64,000 bases of DNA from Hormiphora californensis. Taxonomy: Eukaryota; Animalia; Ctenophora. Below are positions 1 through 14,393 of this stretch, one piece after another. Position numbers and translations under genes: made by a program. The notes below the pieces were generated by a model, which was not told where the DNA came from, did not search any database, and was given only the letters and a program-made list of their open reading frames with translations. The DNA is taken from assembly GCA_020137815.1 (NCBI GenBank), contig CM035354.1, forward strand, positions 5,518,001 to 5,582,000, read 5' to 3'. The stretch's first letter is position 1. The number at the start of each line of letters is the position of its first letter.

Positions 1-2278
1 AGAGGAGAGAGAGAGAGAGAGAGAGAGGGGAAAAAAAAGGGGGGGTCCCGCCTCGGCCCCCGGTTGGTCTTAATCGTATATTAAAAGGGCAGGTTTTCAC
101 AAAAAAAAAAGAGAGATAGAGAAGGATAGATAAAGGGAGATGAAGGTGCTCTCTGGGGGACCGTGGTACACTGGTGCTCACTGCAGCCCATGATCATCAT
201 CTTAATTTGCCCCCTCATGGTAATTATCTTCTTCTTGACCTAGTCTGAAGATCTATTGGTCCCTGACGGAGAACAAAGTTCAAGAGCTTTGAGAGTCCTA
301 CATACTATCTTTACCGTCATATTTAATTCCATGTTTACTAGTTTATACAACTAAATGGTTGACCTTCCTTTTGTTTTTACTGTCGCTGTATTGGTATGCC
401 CTACGATGGCAGTATGGACCATACTATATGGTCAACATACAAACACAGTTTAGGCGCCGTAGGCCGTAGGGATACCTGCTGCACCATTGATTCACAGCTT
501 GACCCCTTTGTTCTGTTTAGAAAGAAAATTTACATAAAAACGGTGGGGAGAAAAAGAAGAGGGGGGAGAAAGAGAAAAAGAAAAGAGGGAGAAAAGGAGG
601 GGTTTAGAGAAAGGTAAGAGGGGAGAGGAGAGGGGGGGAGAGCGGGGGGGGGGGCCGCCTGGGGGGGAAAAGGTAAAAAAGGGGGGGCCCTGCTTTTCAA
701 GGGGGAAAAATGTTAATTTGTTTTACCCCAAAACCATTTTCCCCCCTTTCCCCCCTGTTATTAAACGTGCGTGTGACCTGTATGTGCTATTTCCCAATTA
801 TATGGTAGTTTTTTGGGCCATTTTTAAAAACCCATATTAGGGGCATCAAATCCCATGCCCGGACCAAAATTAAACAATGGCAAAACTTGTTAACCGGGAG
901 CGCCCGCCCCCCTTCTTTGAATGGGGAGGAAGAAAATTTCCCCGTGGGTTACTATTTAACCTATCATTTTTAGGGCCAAACCAAAAAACGGGGTCCCCTC
1001 CCTACATTGTTGAAAAAATATGTCAATTTCCCCCCCCCGGCCCCCCCCATTTTCCCCTTTTCCCCCTTCCCCTTTCCTCCCCCTCTCCCCCCCCTCTCCC
1101 CTCTCTTTTGCAATTGAAAAACAAAATTTTCCTTTTTTGTGACCAGGTTTTTGAGGATGGGGGGGGGTTGGGGGGGGTGGAGTTGTGGGGGCCCCCCCCC
1201 GGGGTTGGGGGGGGGGGCGGGGGGGAGCGCCGGGCGGGGGCGGGGGGGGAAGGGGGAGGGAAAACAGAGGAGGAGAGCGAGGAGGGAGGGGGCCCCCTTT
1301 AAGGGGAACGCAAAAATTTGGGGAGACGGTTCACTATAAAGAAACACGGCCCCCCCTTTTTGGCACCACCAATCCCGGGAGAAAAGAGAGGGGGAATCAG
1401 GAACGGGTAAGATCTGGGGGGTGGGTGGGGGGGGGGGGGGGTGGTTTCGGGGGGGGGTTTTAGGAGAGAAATGAGAACAGGGGAAAACAGAGAGAGAGAG
1501 AAATAATCTATTGAATTCTGAACACTTTGGTGCCCTTAATTTTGTCTCTACTCCTTTCCTAACGGTTGTTACGCTTTTGGCTCCAGGCAACAAAAAAGGG
1601 CGTGGCCCGGAATTGACCTCCCCCAACGGGTAGAGCTTAGAACTTTTTTTTGGTGGCTTAGGAGGTCCCTGGCTAACATTTAGTGAAGGAATTAGCTTGC
1701 CCCCCAAAAAATATGAGATTATGGCAAGAACTGTTAACAGCGAAAAAGAAAATCAAAAGTAGGTACTTATTTGGTATTTATACTGTTTCATATCTGATCT
1801 GTCTGGCGCCGCCGACCCCAACTGAGCGCACTGTCAAATCAAATTGGGGTATGGCGCCGCCATACAGTATCTGACAGGCAGTGCCACTATTATCTATTTA
1901 CAATGTACAGGGTGTCCCATATATTCTCCGGGTCGGTTGGCGAGCTGTCACGCAAAAACGGTGATAGTTGTGTGAAAACAAACTGCGGGAGTGTGCTGGA
2001 TTAATTCCTTCCTAACTGATGGCTTTGTTTTAAAATTAAATTTCAAAAGTTCATTTTTCATGAATGAACATTGCTGCCGTTCATTCATGAATTCTGAAAT
2101 ATTGTTTACCTTGAGTAAGTAACTTTTCTTTGGCTCGCAATTATCTTTCCATTGAGCACCATAAAACTCAAATTGAAGCACCAGGTCACATGACAGTTGA
2201 GAAAATGAACATGCATGATTTTGGCTCTTTTTGCGACTTTCAATCGGCTGTATCACCGCTACCTTACATTCAATCTTA

Positions 2279-3576
2279 CCCCCGACAGACAGAAGACGAT
2301 CTGGTGGTGATTCCGAAAGGATGATCCGGCACTATGCTGTCTCGCCTGTTCGGCGAGACTTGGCTGTGTGACTGTTTACAGTCCCAGATGAGTGGTCCAA
2401 ACCAAACCAAACCAAACCAGGTCACATGACAGTTGAGAAAATGAACATGCATGATTTTGGCTCTTTTTGCGACTTTCAATCGGCTGTATCACCGCTACCT
2501 TACATTCAATCTTTTTGAAACTTTGGGTGAACATTGGATAAGCAAAGATCTTTGCTCACAAGAAAAATCAAGGTCAAAACTCAAAGTTCATTTTTAAGTT
2601 TTGGTAGTTCATTCCACTCATTCAGGAACCAACAACCCTAAAGTGATGGAAAAGTGTTGGATTTTGTTTGGCCAATGTCCTGCAATGACAGAGAGGTGTA
2701 GTTACGTGTTTCCGGGCTAGTTAGTGGGTGTCCATGTGATCTTGGTGATACCTGACACCTTCACTGAGCAATAATCAAGGGATTTTCTCGAATTCAAGCA
2801 TGTGATTCGGGTCTACTGCGATTGGTATCGTGCAGCAATCTTGAGAGATCACATAGCACCTCAAAAATGATGATAAGTTCAATAAATTGAGTTGATTTAT
2901 GATCAATAAGATTAAAACCGATGCCACATTGAACTCAACGACCATTTTCGATCATAAATCAACTCATTTCATTGAACTAACCATCATTTTCGAGGGGCTA
3001 TGAGATCTCTTAACATTGCTGCACGATACCAATCGCAGAAAACCCAAATCACATGCTTGAATTCGTGAAAATCCCTTGATTATTGCTCAGTGAAGGTGTC
3101 AGGTATCACCAAGATCACATGGACACCCACTAACTAGCCCGGAAACACGTTACTACACCTCTCTGTCATTGCAGGACATTGGCCAAACAAAATCCAACAC
3201 TTTTCCATCACTTTAGGGTTGTTGGTTCCTGAATGAGTGGAATGAACTACCAAAACTTAAAAATGAACTTTGAGTTTTGACCTTGATTTTTCTTGTGAGC
3301 AAAGATCTTTGCTTATCCAATGTTCACCCAAAGTTTCAAAAAGATTGAATGTAAGGTAGCGGTGATACAGCCGATTGAAAGTCGCAAAAAGAGCCAAAAT
3401 CATGCATGTTCATTTTCTCAACTGTCATGTGACCTGGTTTGGTTTGGTTTGGTTTGGACCACTCATCTGGGACTGTAAACAGTCACACAGCCAAGTCTCG
3501 CCGAACAGGCGAGACAGCATAGTGCCGGATCATCCTTTCGGAATCACCACCAGATCGTCTTCTGTCTGTCGGGGGT
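2279..3576. repeat. Long palindrome (foldback), arms ~630 bp, centre ~2905-2950
   Basis: Identical ORFs on opposite strands (2276..2479- and 3375..3599+); arms near-perfect distally, more diverged next to the centre. Confidence 0.9.
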
Positions 3577-4379
3577 CTGTCATTGGTGAAAGAATATGAA
3601 ATCATACTTCTAGATCGTAAAACTTAATTCTTCTCAGTAACTTTAGCTATACTAGGGCTCATTCGCAAGCTAGATATAATAATGGTGGTGTAGATGAAAA
3701 TTCTTATTTTTCAGTCCGAATTCTAAAATAATTTAAGCAAGAAACAATGGAAAAATACCAATAAATTTTCTTGGGGTAACTGTAGCACAAGATCATTTGA
3801 TCTAATATGACTCTGGTGATTTCGTATCAATAATAATAATAAGGTATGCAATGAATGGAAATATAAAACTTTAACAAATTATGAATGAACGGATTTGGAA
3901 TGATAACAGTGAATCAGTGAATTGATTGTGATCATCTTGAAACTAGAAACGAATGAGCGAGTATTGGTGAGTGGAAGGTTCATGAAATAAATTGGACCAG
4001 GGCTTTCTAGATGTATCTAATTTTAAAAACAACAAACATTACGGACTGACAAACTTACAGCATTTTGATGGGTGATTGGTACCGTGATGTTGTTGGTGAT
4101 GAGATGAGACTGAGAGGTATGTTTCCAGCAGAGATATATAAAAGATAAACGAGAACGATCAAACACAAAAAGGGGTTGGACAGAATGTAGCACCACTAGA
4201 ATGTTCTAGAAGACAAGTCGGGCGGGAAAGCTAAGAACATTTGTTAATTGTTACACGCGATAAGCGACTTAGTGCACCAAAACACAAGGATTGTCTCTGT
4301 AGTATGCAGTATATGAATGCCCGCTATATTGGGAGAGGTGGGTGGGGGAGGGCGGGTGGGGTTGTGGGGCGGTGGGTAA

Positions 4380-5222
4380 TATTAGACCAAAATGTAGCTC
4401 GACAGTGGGGGGTACAAAAAGATAAGAAGTGATACTGAGTGTGAGAAGGGAAAAAGGGGGGGGGTGAAGAGATGAGACAAAAATGAAGACACGAAAGCAA
4501 GAAAACATAAACACAAAACACACGGATTTGAGAGAGGGCAAGTGATAAATGAACGAGATTGGGATCGGGAGGTGCTCACGTGACTTAGAATGCTGGCACC
4601 CAATTGGCTGATCATAGTGAAAGTGAAAGTGAAAGTGACCATAAATGCAGCAATTTGATTGGCTGCACTGACAAAACTGTGTGTGATGAGAGCGAGAGGA
4701 GAGAGGAGAGAAGACGAGAGAGACGAGAAGAGAGAGCCTCGAGAGAGAGAGATGAGAGAGGATGGAGAGCGAGAGAGAGGAGAGGAAGAGAGAGAGCCGA
4801 GAGAGAGAGAGAGAGACGAGCTTTTTCTTTTTTTTTTTTTTGGAGAGAGAGAGAGAGAGAGATACTAAGAAGCAAAGCGAGTGTTTAAACACAATCTAAG
4901 AATGGGTGGGTACGAAAAGATAAGATATTAGACCAAAATGTAGCTCGACAGTGGGGGGTACAAAAAGATAAGAAGTGATACTGAGTGTGAGAAGGGAAAA
5001 AGGGGGGGGGGGTGAAGGAGATGAAACAAAAAATGAAGACACGAAAGCAAGAAACATAAACACAAAACACACGGATTTGAGATGAGGGCAAGTGATAAAT
5101 GAACGAGATTGGGATCGGGAGGTGCTCACGTGACTTAGAATGCTGGCACCCAATTGGCTGATCATAGTGAAAGTGAAAGTGACCATAAATGCAGCAATTT
5201 GATTGGCTGCACTGACAAAACT

Positions 5223-5299
<77 letters not shown>

Positions 5300-5510
5300 C
5301 TAAGAAGCAAAGCGAGTGTTAAACACAATCTAAGAATGGGTGGGTACGAAAAGATAAGATATTAGACCAAAATGTAGCTCGACAGTGGGGGGTACAAAAA
5401 GATAAGAAGTGATACTGAGTGTGAGAAGGGAAAAAGGGGGGGGGGGTGAAGAGATGAAACAAAAATGAAGACACGAAAGCAAGAAAACATAAACACAAAA
5501 CACACGGATT
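4380..5510. repeat. Tandem direct repeat, ~2.3 copies of a 435-545 bp unit containing (GA)n
   Basis: ATTAGACCAAAATGTAGCTCGACAGTGGGGGGTAC recurs at ~4381, ~4926 and ~5361. Confidence 0.9.
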
Positions 5511-5844
5511 TCCATGTGACCTGGTGCTTCAATTTGAGTTTTATGGTGCTCAATGGAAAGATAATTGCGAGCCAAAGAAAAGTTACTTACTCAAGGTAAA
5601 CAATATTTCAGAATTCATGAATGAACGGCAGCAATGTTCATTCATGAAAAATGAACTTTTGAAATTTAATTTTAAAACAAAGCCATCAGTTAGGAAGGAA
5701 TTAATCCAGCACACTCCCGCAGTTTGTTTTCACACAACTATCACCGTTTTTGCGTGACAGCTCGCCAACCGACCCGGAGAATATATGGGACACCCTGTAT
5801 ATAGGGTGATTGAGACAGATTATACCCAGAATAGTTAGATTGTT

Positions 5845-6060
5845 ATTTAGAGCAAAAACTAATTGAAATTAGTTCGCCAGAAAGGTGGCCCATTTTGAAC
5901 TTACTCCTTCATTTCCGTCACCTTTGAGTTGAGTCTTCAAAGACATTGAGGTATCCGTAAACTTTTCCGCCTTCAACTCAAAGGTGACGGAAATGAAGGA
6001 GTAAGTTCAAAATGGGCCACCTTTCTGGCGAACTAATTTCAATTAGTTTTTGCTCTAAAT
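5845..6060. repeat. Perfect hairpin, 88-bp arms, 40-bp loop
   Basis: 5845-5932 is the reverse complement of 5973-6060. Confidence 0.9.
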
Positions 6061-7519
6061 TTGTACTCTTTTTTTGGTCGTTTGAGGTCATTTATGACCT
6101 CAAACAACTAAGATAATTGTCAACTAAAGTGTTCAAATGTAATTCAAATGTATCCTGGGTTGTGGAAAACTGATTTGACATAATTTTCAAAATTCGACGT
6201 CGTTTTGACGTCGTGACGTCACATGTGACGGCCAATGAAGCACTAAACGTGTGAAAAGTTTTTAAGGCCATGGTAGTCAAGAACTGAAGTTATTGCACGA
6301 AATGTGAGTTTTTTCGTGGATTTTCACATCAAATTTTTGAGTTCCGACGCGTTTTAAGGTCTAAAAATGACAAGTTAGAGAAATTCGCTATATAGTATCT
6401 GAAAGTTCAGACAATTTGCCACTAACGATTTTCCGTCAAATCAGGAATCAGAATACGTCTTGAGGGTGTTAGAGGCGTTTGAAAATATTTGGTCTGAGAT
6501 TTTTAAATGACGTCACTTTATGACGTCACTACAGTCGTCATAGTGGACATTTTCACTTGAAACCTTAACTAATGCATGCCCCGAACGATTTCCTAACGGA
6601 TAAAACTTGGTTCAAGTCTCTAGCTAGTATGGTTCGGGCTACAAGTGTTACACAGTGAAGCGTCTATATATATCTATATATATACACCTATCGCCACACT
6701 GAATTTTCTGTTTTGGGGGTGGTGTCATAACTTGCGACCGGACTGGGCTAGCTACTTCAAATTTTTACCGTCAGTAGAGGTCTATGTGAAGCTTCTTAGT
6801 ACCGAATTTCAGCCTCCTAGCTCATCTGGTTCCGGAGTTAGGAGGGGTCGAAAAGTGCCAAACAGGGCTTTAAAAACCTTCCAGGTTATATTTAGTTTTC
6901 CAAGGGGCCCATTTTAAAAAAATTTTTGGGGATCCCATTTATTGAAACTTTGCCGCCCCCCGAAAGTGGAAAAAGAGAAAGAAATGAGTTTTCCTCGGGA
7001 ATTAGCATTTTGGGGAAAAACCCCAAATTTTTTAGGGGGCCCTATCCAGGCCCGCCAAAAGGGAAAAAACGCCGGTTAAAAATTAACAAGGGCTCTCGGG
7101 TTTTTTAGTTTAAAACCCAAATGAAAGGCCTTTAGGGGGAAACTCCCCCACCCCCCCCCTCGCCAACCCTAAAAAAAAACGCAAAACACCCCAAATAATG
7201 AAATTTCCTCCCCCTGGCACCCGTTTGCGTTGGGCACCCTTCTTTAGGGGGCCAATCTCAAAACCGGGAAAAGAATTCAAAAATCGCGGGGGTTAAGAAG
7301 GCGTCAATTTTTTTTTATTTACATTTCCACCTTCCTCTCCCCCAAAAACCCAAACCCCCAACCCCCAAAAAATTTCCCCAAAAAATTAAATTCCCACTCC
7401 CTCTCTGTTAACCCCCCTTGTTAATTCCCCCTTCCCCCCATTTATACCGCCGCTCCCTTCCCCCCCTTTCACCCCCCTAAAACATCCCAAACCCAAAAAT
7501 AAACCCTCCAAAAAATTTT

Positions 7520-10100
7520 TTTTGTTATTTCCATCTTCAGCTTCCAAACCTCCCTTTTATTTCCATCTCCAGTTTTCCCTACCCTTCCATTCCCCCCCTT
7601 TTTATTTCCCCCCCTCCTCCCATTTTTTTCCCATCCTCCTCCTCCCTACCTTTCCCCCAGTCCACCCACCCCCCTTTCCCATTTTACCCTACCTCCCCAT
7701 TTACTCCATTTTCCCCACCCTTTCCCCTCCCCCCATTTAAAACTCCATTTTCCAGTTTCCCCCTCCCCTTTCCCCTTTACTCCATCCCTGCCCCCCATTT
7801 GGGCCCCACTCTCAGTTACCCTACCTCCCCCTTTTTACTCCATCTTTTCCCTAAATTCCCCCCTTTTACCCCCATTCTCATTTTCCCCTTTTTAACTCCC
7901 TTTTCCCTCCATCTCCCCAGCTTCCCTACCCCCCCTTTTAAACCCCCCCATTCCCCTAACCTCCCTTTTTTGCTTCCCTCTCTCGTTCCCCTACCCCCCC
8001 ATTTACCCCATCCCAGCTTCCCCTACCCCCCCTTTATTTCCATCCCCCCCAAGCTTCCCTACCCCCCATTACTCCATCCCCCCAGCTTCCCTACCTCCCT
8101 TTACTCCCTCCCCTCGCATTTCCCTCCCTCCCATTTATTTCCATCTCCAGTTTTCCCTACCTCCCATTTATTCATTCTCAGTTTCCTACCCCCCCCCTTT
8201 ACCCCCCCAAAAACCCCAAAAACCCCTTTTACTCCCTTTAAAACCCTTCCCTACCTCCCCTTTTACTCCTTCCCCTCAGTTTCCCCCTACCCCCCCAATT
8301 TATCCATCTCTCACCCAAACCCTCCCTCCCTTTATTTACTCCCAGTTTCCCTTTCCCAAACCCCCCCTTTACCCACCCTCTCAGTTTTAAACCCCCTACC
8401 CCCCCCTTTTCCCTCCCCCGTTTACCTTCCCTACCTCCCTTTTACTTATCTTCAGTTTCCCTACCTCCCATTTATCCATTTTCTCACCCTTTCCCTCCCT
8501 TTACTTCATCTCTCATTCCCTACCCCCCTTTTTTCACTCATCTCCCCGGTTCCCCTCCCTCCCTTTTTAATTTCCATCTTTAAACCTTCCCTACCTCCCC
8601 CCTTTTATTTCCCCCACCCTCTCGTTTTCCCTTCCCCCTCATTTACTCCATCTTCAGCTTCCCTACCCCCCCTTTTTATTTTTCCATCTCTCGGGTTTTC
8701 CTTACCCCCCATAAAAACCCCTCTCAGCTTCCCTACCTCCCTTTTAACTCCCCATCTCCCCAGCCCCCTTTCCCCCTTTCCCATTTACTCCACCCCTCTA
8801 AAACCCTACCCAATCCCCTCCCATTTTTACTCCTCTCTCAGTTTCCCCAAACCCCCCCATTTACTCCTTTCCTCCCCTTTCCTTTTCCCTTTCCCATTTC
8901 CCTCCTTTCTCTCTTTTATCCAAAACCCAATTCCTCCCCCCCTGAGAGAGGGAGTAAAGGGGAAAGGGGTTTTGGGAAGCTGAGAGAGGGGGGTAAATGG
9001 ATTTGGGAAAACTGAGAGATGGGAAAATTGGGGGTAGGTGCTGGGGTTGGGTAAATGGCGGGTAGGGAACTGGGGGGTTTGGATTTAAAGGGGGGGTGGA
9101 AAGCTGAGAGAGGGGGGTAAATTTGGGAGGTAAAAAAGCTGAAAAGAGGGAGTAAAGGGGCGGGTAGGGAAGCTGAGGGATGGAGAAATGGGGGGTAGGG
9201 AAGTGAGAAAAAGTTAAATGGGGGGTAAGTAAGCTGAGAGAGGGGGAAATGGGAGGGTAGGGTCCTAAATATGGAGTAAATGGGAGGTAGGGTAGCTGAG
9301 AAAGGGAAGAAAATGAAGGGGGGTAGCTGAGAGATGGAGAAAATGAGAGGTAGGGAATTTTAAAAATTTGGAGTTGGGAGGTAGGGTAGCTGAAGATGGG
9401 TAATGGGAGGTAGGGAACCCCTTAAGAGTGGATAAAATGGGAGGTGGGGTTTAGCTGGGGAGGGAAAATTTGGGAGGTGGGGAAAGCTGAGAGATGGAGT
9501 AAATGGAGGGGGTAGGGAAGCTGAAGATGGGTAAATGGGGGTGGGGTAAGCTGCGAGATGGAGAAAATGGGAGGTGGGGTATCTGAGAGATGGGAAATGG
9601 CAGGTGGGGAAAGCGAATTTTGGATTTTTAAAGGGGCGGGGGTAAGCTGGGAGTGGAAAAAGGGGAGGAAAGGGAAAGCTGAGAGATGGAGAAAATGGGG
9701 GGTTGGGTACTGAGGGGTTTGGAGTAAATGGGGTAGGGTAGCTGGGGAAGGGAGTAATGGGGAGTGGGGTTAAGCGGGGAAGGGGACAGATTGGGGGTAG
9801 GGTCCCCTGAAAAGATGGAGGTTGATGAGGGCTAGGGAACCCTAGGATGGAAACGATTTTTTGGAAAGGGTTTTTCCCTCCCCCCAATCGTTCCCATTTT
9901 TTTTCTATCCCTTCCCAATAGGAAGCTAAAGGAGATGGAGTAGATGGGGATAGGGTACTGGAGATGGACTAATAAGGGGTAGGGTAGCGGGAAGAAAAAT
10001 TGGAGTAATGAGGGGTAGGGAAAGTAAAAGGATGGAGTGATGAGGGTTATGGTAGCTGAGAAAATCGAGTTGATGAGTGGGTGGGATAGCCCAAGATGGA
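7520..10100. repeat. Degenerate ~32-bp minisatellite (CAGCTTCCCTACCTCCCATTTACTCCATCTCT) that switches strand at ~8941
   Basis: C-rich units up to ~8940, then G-rich reverse-complement units (GAGATGGAGTAAATGGGAGGTAGGGAAGCT); noisy sequence. Confidence 0.75.
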
Positions 10101-11298
10101 TAGATCAGATCAAAAAAATTTATTTTGGAAAATTCCCCCCGCCCCCCCCAAACCCCCCTTCTCTCTACTCCTCGATGTTTCCCCCCCAGGTTCGCAGCTG
10201 TGTGTGAGAGTTGAACGGGAGCGCGTCAAAAAAGGCCCCGCCCTGCAACACGACATGAAAACAGACATGGGGAGATGCAAATTTTCCCTTTATTTTGAAT
10301 TTTTGGGGGGTTGCAAAATTTTTGTTTTAAGGTGGGAAGAGTAAAAGGGCCCCGGGTTCCGTGGAAAACAAATTTAAAAAAACTGTACGCCCCCTTTAGA
10401 GGGCGTTTTTTCCCCTATCTTGCCCGGGTTTCCCTTTAAATTTGGGCCCAAAAGATTTGGGGTGCCCAAAAACTGCTGAATCGGTCCCGCGAGGGAAAAG
10501 GGGCATTTTTTTGGGTGAAACTCCCTTCCGTTTTTCACGGGACTTGAACAGGTGACCCCCAAATTCGCCCTCCCCTATTCATTATCCTTAATTGTGTATT
10601 AAATCAAAAATGCCCTTGAGCAGCATGCTTTTTAAATTTGAACCTTGACTTTTTTTGGTTTCTCGAAAAGCGCCTCGCGACTCAAACACGACAGGGCATT
10701 TTCACCCCCTGATTTTTAAATTTGGGGAAAGAGAAATCAAACAAATGAATATATAGAGGCCCGGGGTTCAGGGACCCCCGCCCCCCCACCCTCCTTTTAT
10801 TTCATAACTCAAATCTTATACGTAGCGTGGTAGGGCTGGTGAAGATAGAGATCAACCCCTAAAAAGCTAATTATAGCGGCAGAGTGGTTGATGGTGGACA
10901 ATTAAGAATTATGTTTGCTAGCAAGTCTTTATAGCGTGCTGCGTCTGTTCAAATTATTAATGAAAATAATATGTTGATAGTGATATTCGGGGCCTGGCAA
11001 GGCCCCCCGACCCGAACATAACCCAATCTCAACCCATCCCCCCCTAAAACAACGGGGCCGAGCCGACAGGCCCTCTATTATAACAGATGCCAAAAAACCA
11101 TAACCATAGCCATAACCATAACCATAACCATAGATATTTTTAGAGTGAAAGTTTTGAAGCCCCCTGAAGTAGTATAAGAGAGGTGTTCTATGGCTCGTTG
11201 GAAAGGTCTCGAGGTCCCGCGACGTATAGGGGGTGTGGCGATGGCCATACCCAAACCTATAAGGGGTAGGACGCGAAAAACAGTGAAAATAACACGGG

Positions 11299-11530
11299 GG
11301 ATTACGGGGGCTCGAATAGATCGCCCGTATAGATCGCCCGTACCAGTCGCCCGTACATTTGCTTTGCGCATTACGTTTCATCGCACTTTCACCACAAATA
11401 AGGTACATGCGCGTTACGCGCATGTGTTTCGTTGTGGTGAAAGTGTGGTGAAACGTAATGCGCAAAGCAAATGTACGGGCGACTGGTACGGGCGACTGGT
11501 ACGGGCGTCTCATCCGGGCCCCCGTAATCC
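11299..11530. repeat. Imperfect palindrome (~230 bp), probably a MITE core
   Basis: CGCCCGTACATTTGCTTTGCGCATTACGTTTCA...TGAAACGTAATGCGCAAAGCAAATGTACGGGCG. Confidence 0.8.
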
Positions 11531-11673
11531 GCTGCCTTAGGGGTATACAGAACTTGGCAATTAGAAGGAGTAGAAAGGTGTTCTAGGGTGCGTTCGAAAG
11601 CTCTCGAGGTGCTGAAGTAATTGGAATGTAATTGGAAGTAATTACATGTAATTAAAATGTAATTACATGTAAT

Positions 11674-12515
11674 GGGGGGGACGACATGTTAATTGTTAAT
11701 AAATCACCTCTTTTTTCCGATTTTGTTAATTAACGTTAATTAACAAAATTAACAAAGTTAACAAATGCTAAAAGACTGTTTTATTGGTTGATAATACGAC
11801 TTTAACTGGTTTAATTTTATAGTTTAATGACTTATCTGACACAATATATACCCAAACAAGGCCTCCTCCGATAACCAAAGTCCGACACATACACGTTTTA
11901 TGGCTCAAAATCAAAAACACCCAAAAGTTAAGAAATTTCAATTTAGCGTATAAAATCTCACTTTAATGTAATTATTTCATTGATAATCGATTCTTTGGAC
12001 GAAAGCAGATGATGTTCAACGTTTTTGTTGGAAAAAGAAGAAAATATTTTTTAAATAAATTTTTTAGTCAAAGATTGAAAATTTGCTTCGCTACAAATCC
12101 TTGTGTTTTATTAGAAAAAATTATTTTTGGGATTTTTTCGATTTAAGGTAAATTCATGAGTCTCGTTAAGTTTTTAGGGTTGGATAATATGGATTATGGT
12201 CATTTGACATCAATTGCGGTTTAGTTTGGCTACTGCTAGTTTTATCAAAATTTACATTATGGAACAAATCGCTCTGTAAAGGCCGTAGTAGACGTCCTTA
12301 GGCTATGTAAATCGTGCAGAAGGGATACCTTTGCTCGTAGAACAGCATGCAGAAAGTGTTCAATACTAAAAATACGTGCTAAAGGGGATTTCGATGGCAT
12401 AAATGGCGTTTGTTAACATTTGTTAAACATTTGTTAATTTTGTTAATAAATCACCTGTTTTCTCGATGTTAATGTTAACAAAGTTAACAAAATTAACATG
12501 TCGCACCCCCCCCCC
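11674..12515. mobile_element. MITE with poly-G/C termini and 8-bp TSD (Merlin- or MULE-like), copy 1
   Basis: GGGGGGGACGACATGTTAAT...ATTAACATGTCGCACCCCC; TSD CATGTAAT; homologous along its length to 23374-24203. Confidence 0.85.
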
Positions 12516-13128
12516 CATGTAATTAAAGGGTAATTACATGTAATTAAAAGGTCTAAATGACCCCAAATGACAATTCAGACATATTTTGACATATTTGGAG
12601 GCCCTGAGACCAGCGGGTGGCCAAATGTAATCAGGTTTCGGGTCGGCTGACGTAAAAACTCCGCGTTTTGGTCGAGATAGTGCTATAACATATTAGTACA
12701 TGTAATATTCATTCCTTTTCTTCGTTCATCTTCTATTGACTATTATAACCGTTTAATAATTTAAATACTCTCCTTTCTCACGCGTTACAATTCGTTATTT
12801 AACCACTTTTTGTCTGAGATTAGAGACTTATTATTATTTGACACATGATATTGATAACATCTCCTATTATATGGTCCTGGTTTCCTCAGTCCTGACACAC
12901 TATATCACTATCTGGAGATAAATATCAGGCATTCTGCAGTGGTTTTAACACCAAGCGATATTTGTGGTCATATAGTTTAGTAAGGAAATACGGTTTCATA
13001 CCAGGATATAATCGATTAATAATAAATCTTTTAATTTTAGATTGAAATTTACCAAGCTAAGCTAAACATGTGCTATAATATCTGGTACAAAGAGCATGAA
13101 GGGATACAGAGAAATAGAGATCAGAGAG

Positions 13129-13370
<242 letters not shown>

Positions 13371-14348
13371 TAATAGTTGTGTTTCCTACCTCTAATGTTC
13401 ATCATTATTTTTCTAGTGCCATTGCAATTTTAATGTTCCAATATTTCCACACTGGTCACCACATTTGCACCACAAATTCTGCTAGATTTCCCCCACCTCT
13501 ATAAATATATATATAATACCCTCTAATGTATCATTAGCACTCCTTTGTGACTGTATTTCCCCCTATTTTCTTGCTTCATAGTCCTTTTCTCTCTGCAGTG
13601 TGTTTAGCGTTTTTTATCGCTCTTTAGTCTCTATAGGGACAAAGTAACTATGGGGGGCGTGCCATATGGTTAATACTTAAAATATTATGCTATATAATGT
13701 GTAGTAGCATGCTCTAATACTCAAGGTGTATAATTTCATTATGGGACTGCACCCCCTGTAAACGGGTATAGTGCGCTGTATTGATTGGCAAACGCGATCA
13801 CTACACGTAGATACTGTATAACATAGGTTACCTTCTAGAGGTAATACCTATAGTGATCTAGTATATGATGATTGTGCCTTTATTGTATCTGTCCTGGTAA
13901 GCCGTTATTATGGTTTGTCTACATCAATATTATAGAAGTATGTAGTCACTGATCCTCGAGGAAACATAAAGATTGTCATTATCGCAATAGAGAATTCTTC
14001 TTAGGATTATTCTTAAGATTATTTTGTTATTGGTTAGATAAGATGCACATTGCACACGCATCAAGGTGGACCCCCGGTGGGCTGAGTAGGGTGCAACAGT
14101 AGAGATAGACAATAAGATCACAAGGACATCAGATGCGGAGAGGCCCGAGGGCGAGAGCGCTCGCGAGCGAGAGAGAGCGCGGGAGAGAGACGAGCTCAGC
14201 TCGCGAACGCGCGAGCAGCTGAGAGCGCGCTGGCGCTCGCTCGCGCAGCGCGAGAGCGCGGCGGCTCCACTCTCCTGACGCCTCTTCACCGCTACGCGCG
14301 CGCACTCGCTCTCTCATCTCTCTTCTCTCTCTCTCCCTCTCTCTCTCT

Positions 14349-14393
<45 letters not shown>

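Larger units (their letters stand above)
1908..5797. mobile_element. Composite non-autonomous DNA transposon, Tc1/mariner-like ends, ~285-bp TIRs
   Basis: TA|CAGGGTGTCCC...GGGACACCCTG|TA; 1908-~2192 is the reverse complement of ~5512-5797; no transposase ORF inside. Confidence 0.75.

Noticed and set aside
396-1707. Gly/Pro-rich ORFs
   Set aside because: Arise from homopolymer-inflated, low-quality sequence; no domains
1948-5757. Duplicated ORFs as transposase
   Set aside because: Short, no DDE/HTH motifs; by-products of inverted repeats
6663-6900. Helitron-like starts (TCTATATA at ~6663; TACTAG-hairpin at ~29661)
   Set aside because: Matching 3' ends could not be established
7522-9887. 394-aa and other Pro/Phe-rich ORFs
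   Set aside because: Translations of a noisy minisatellite
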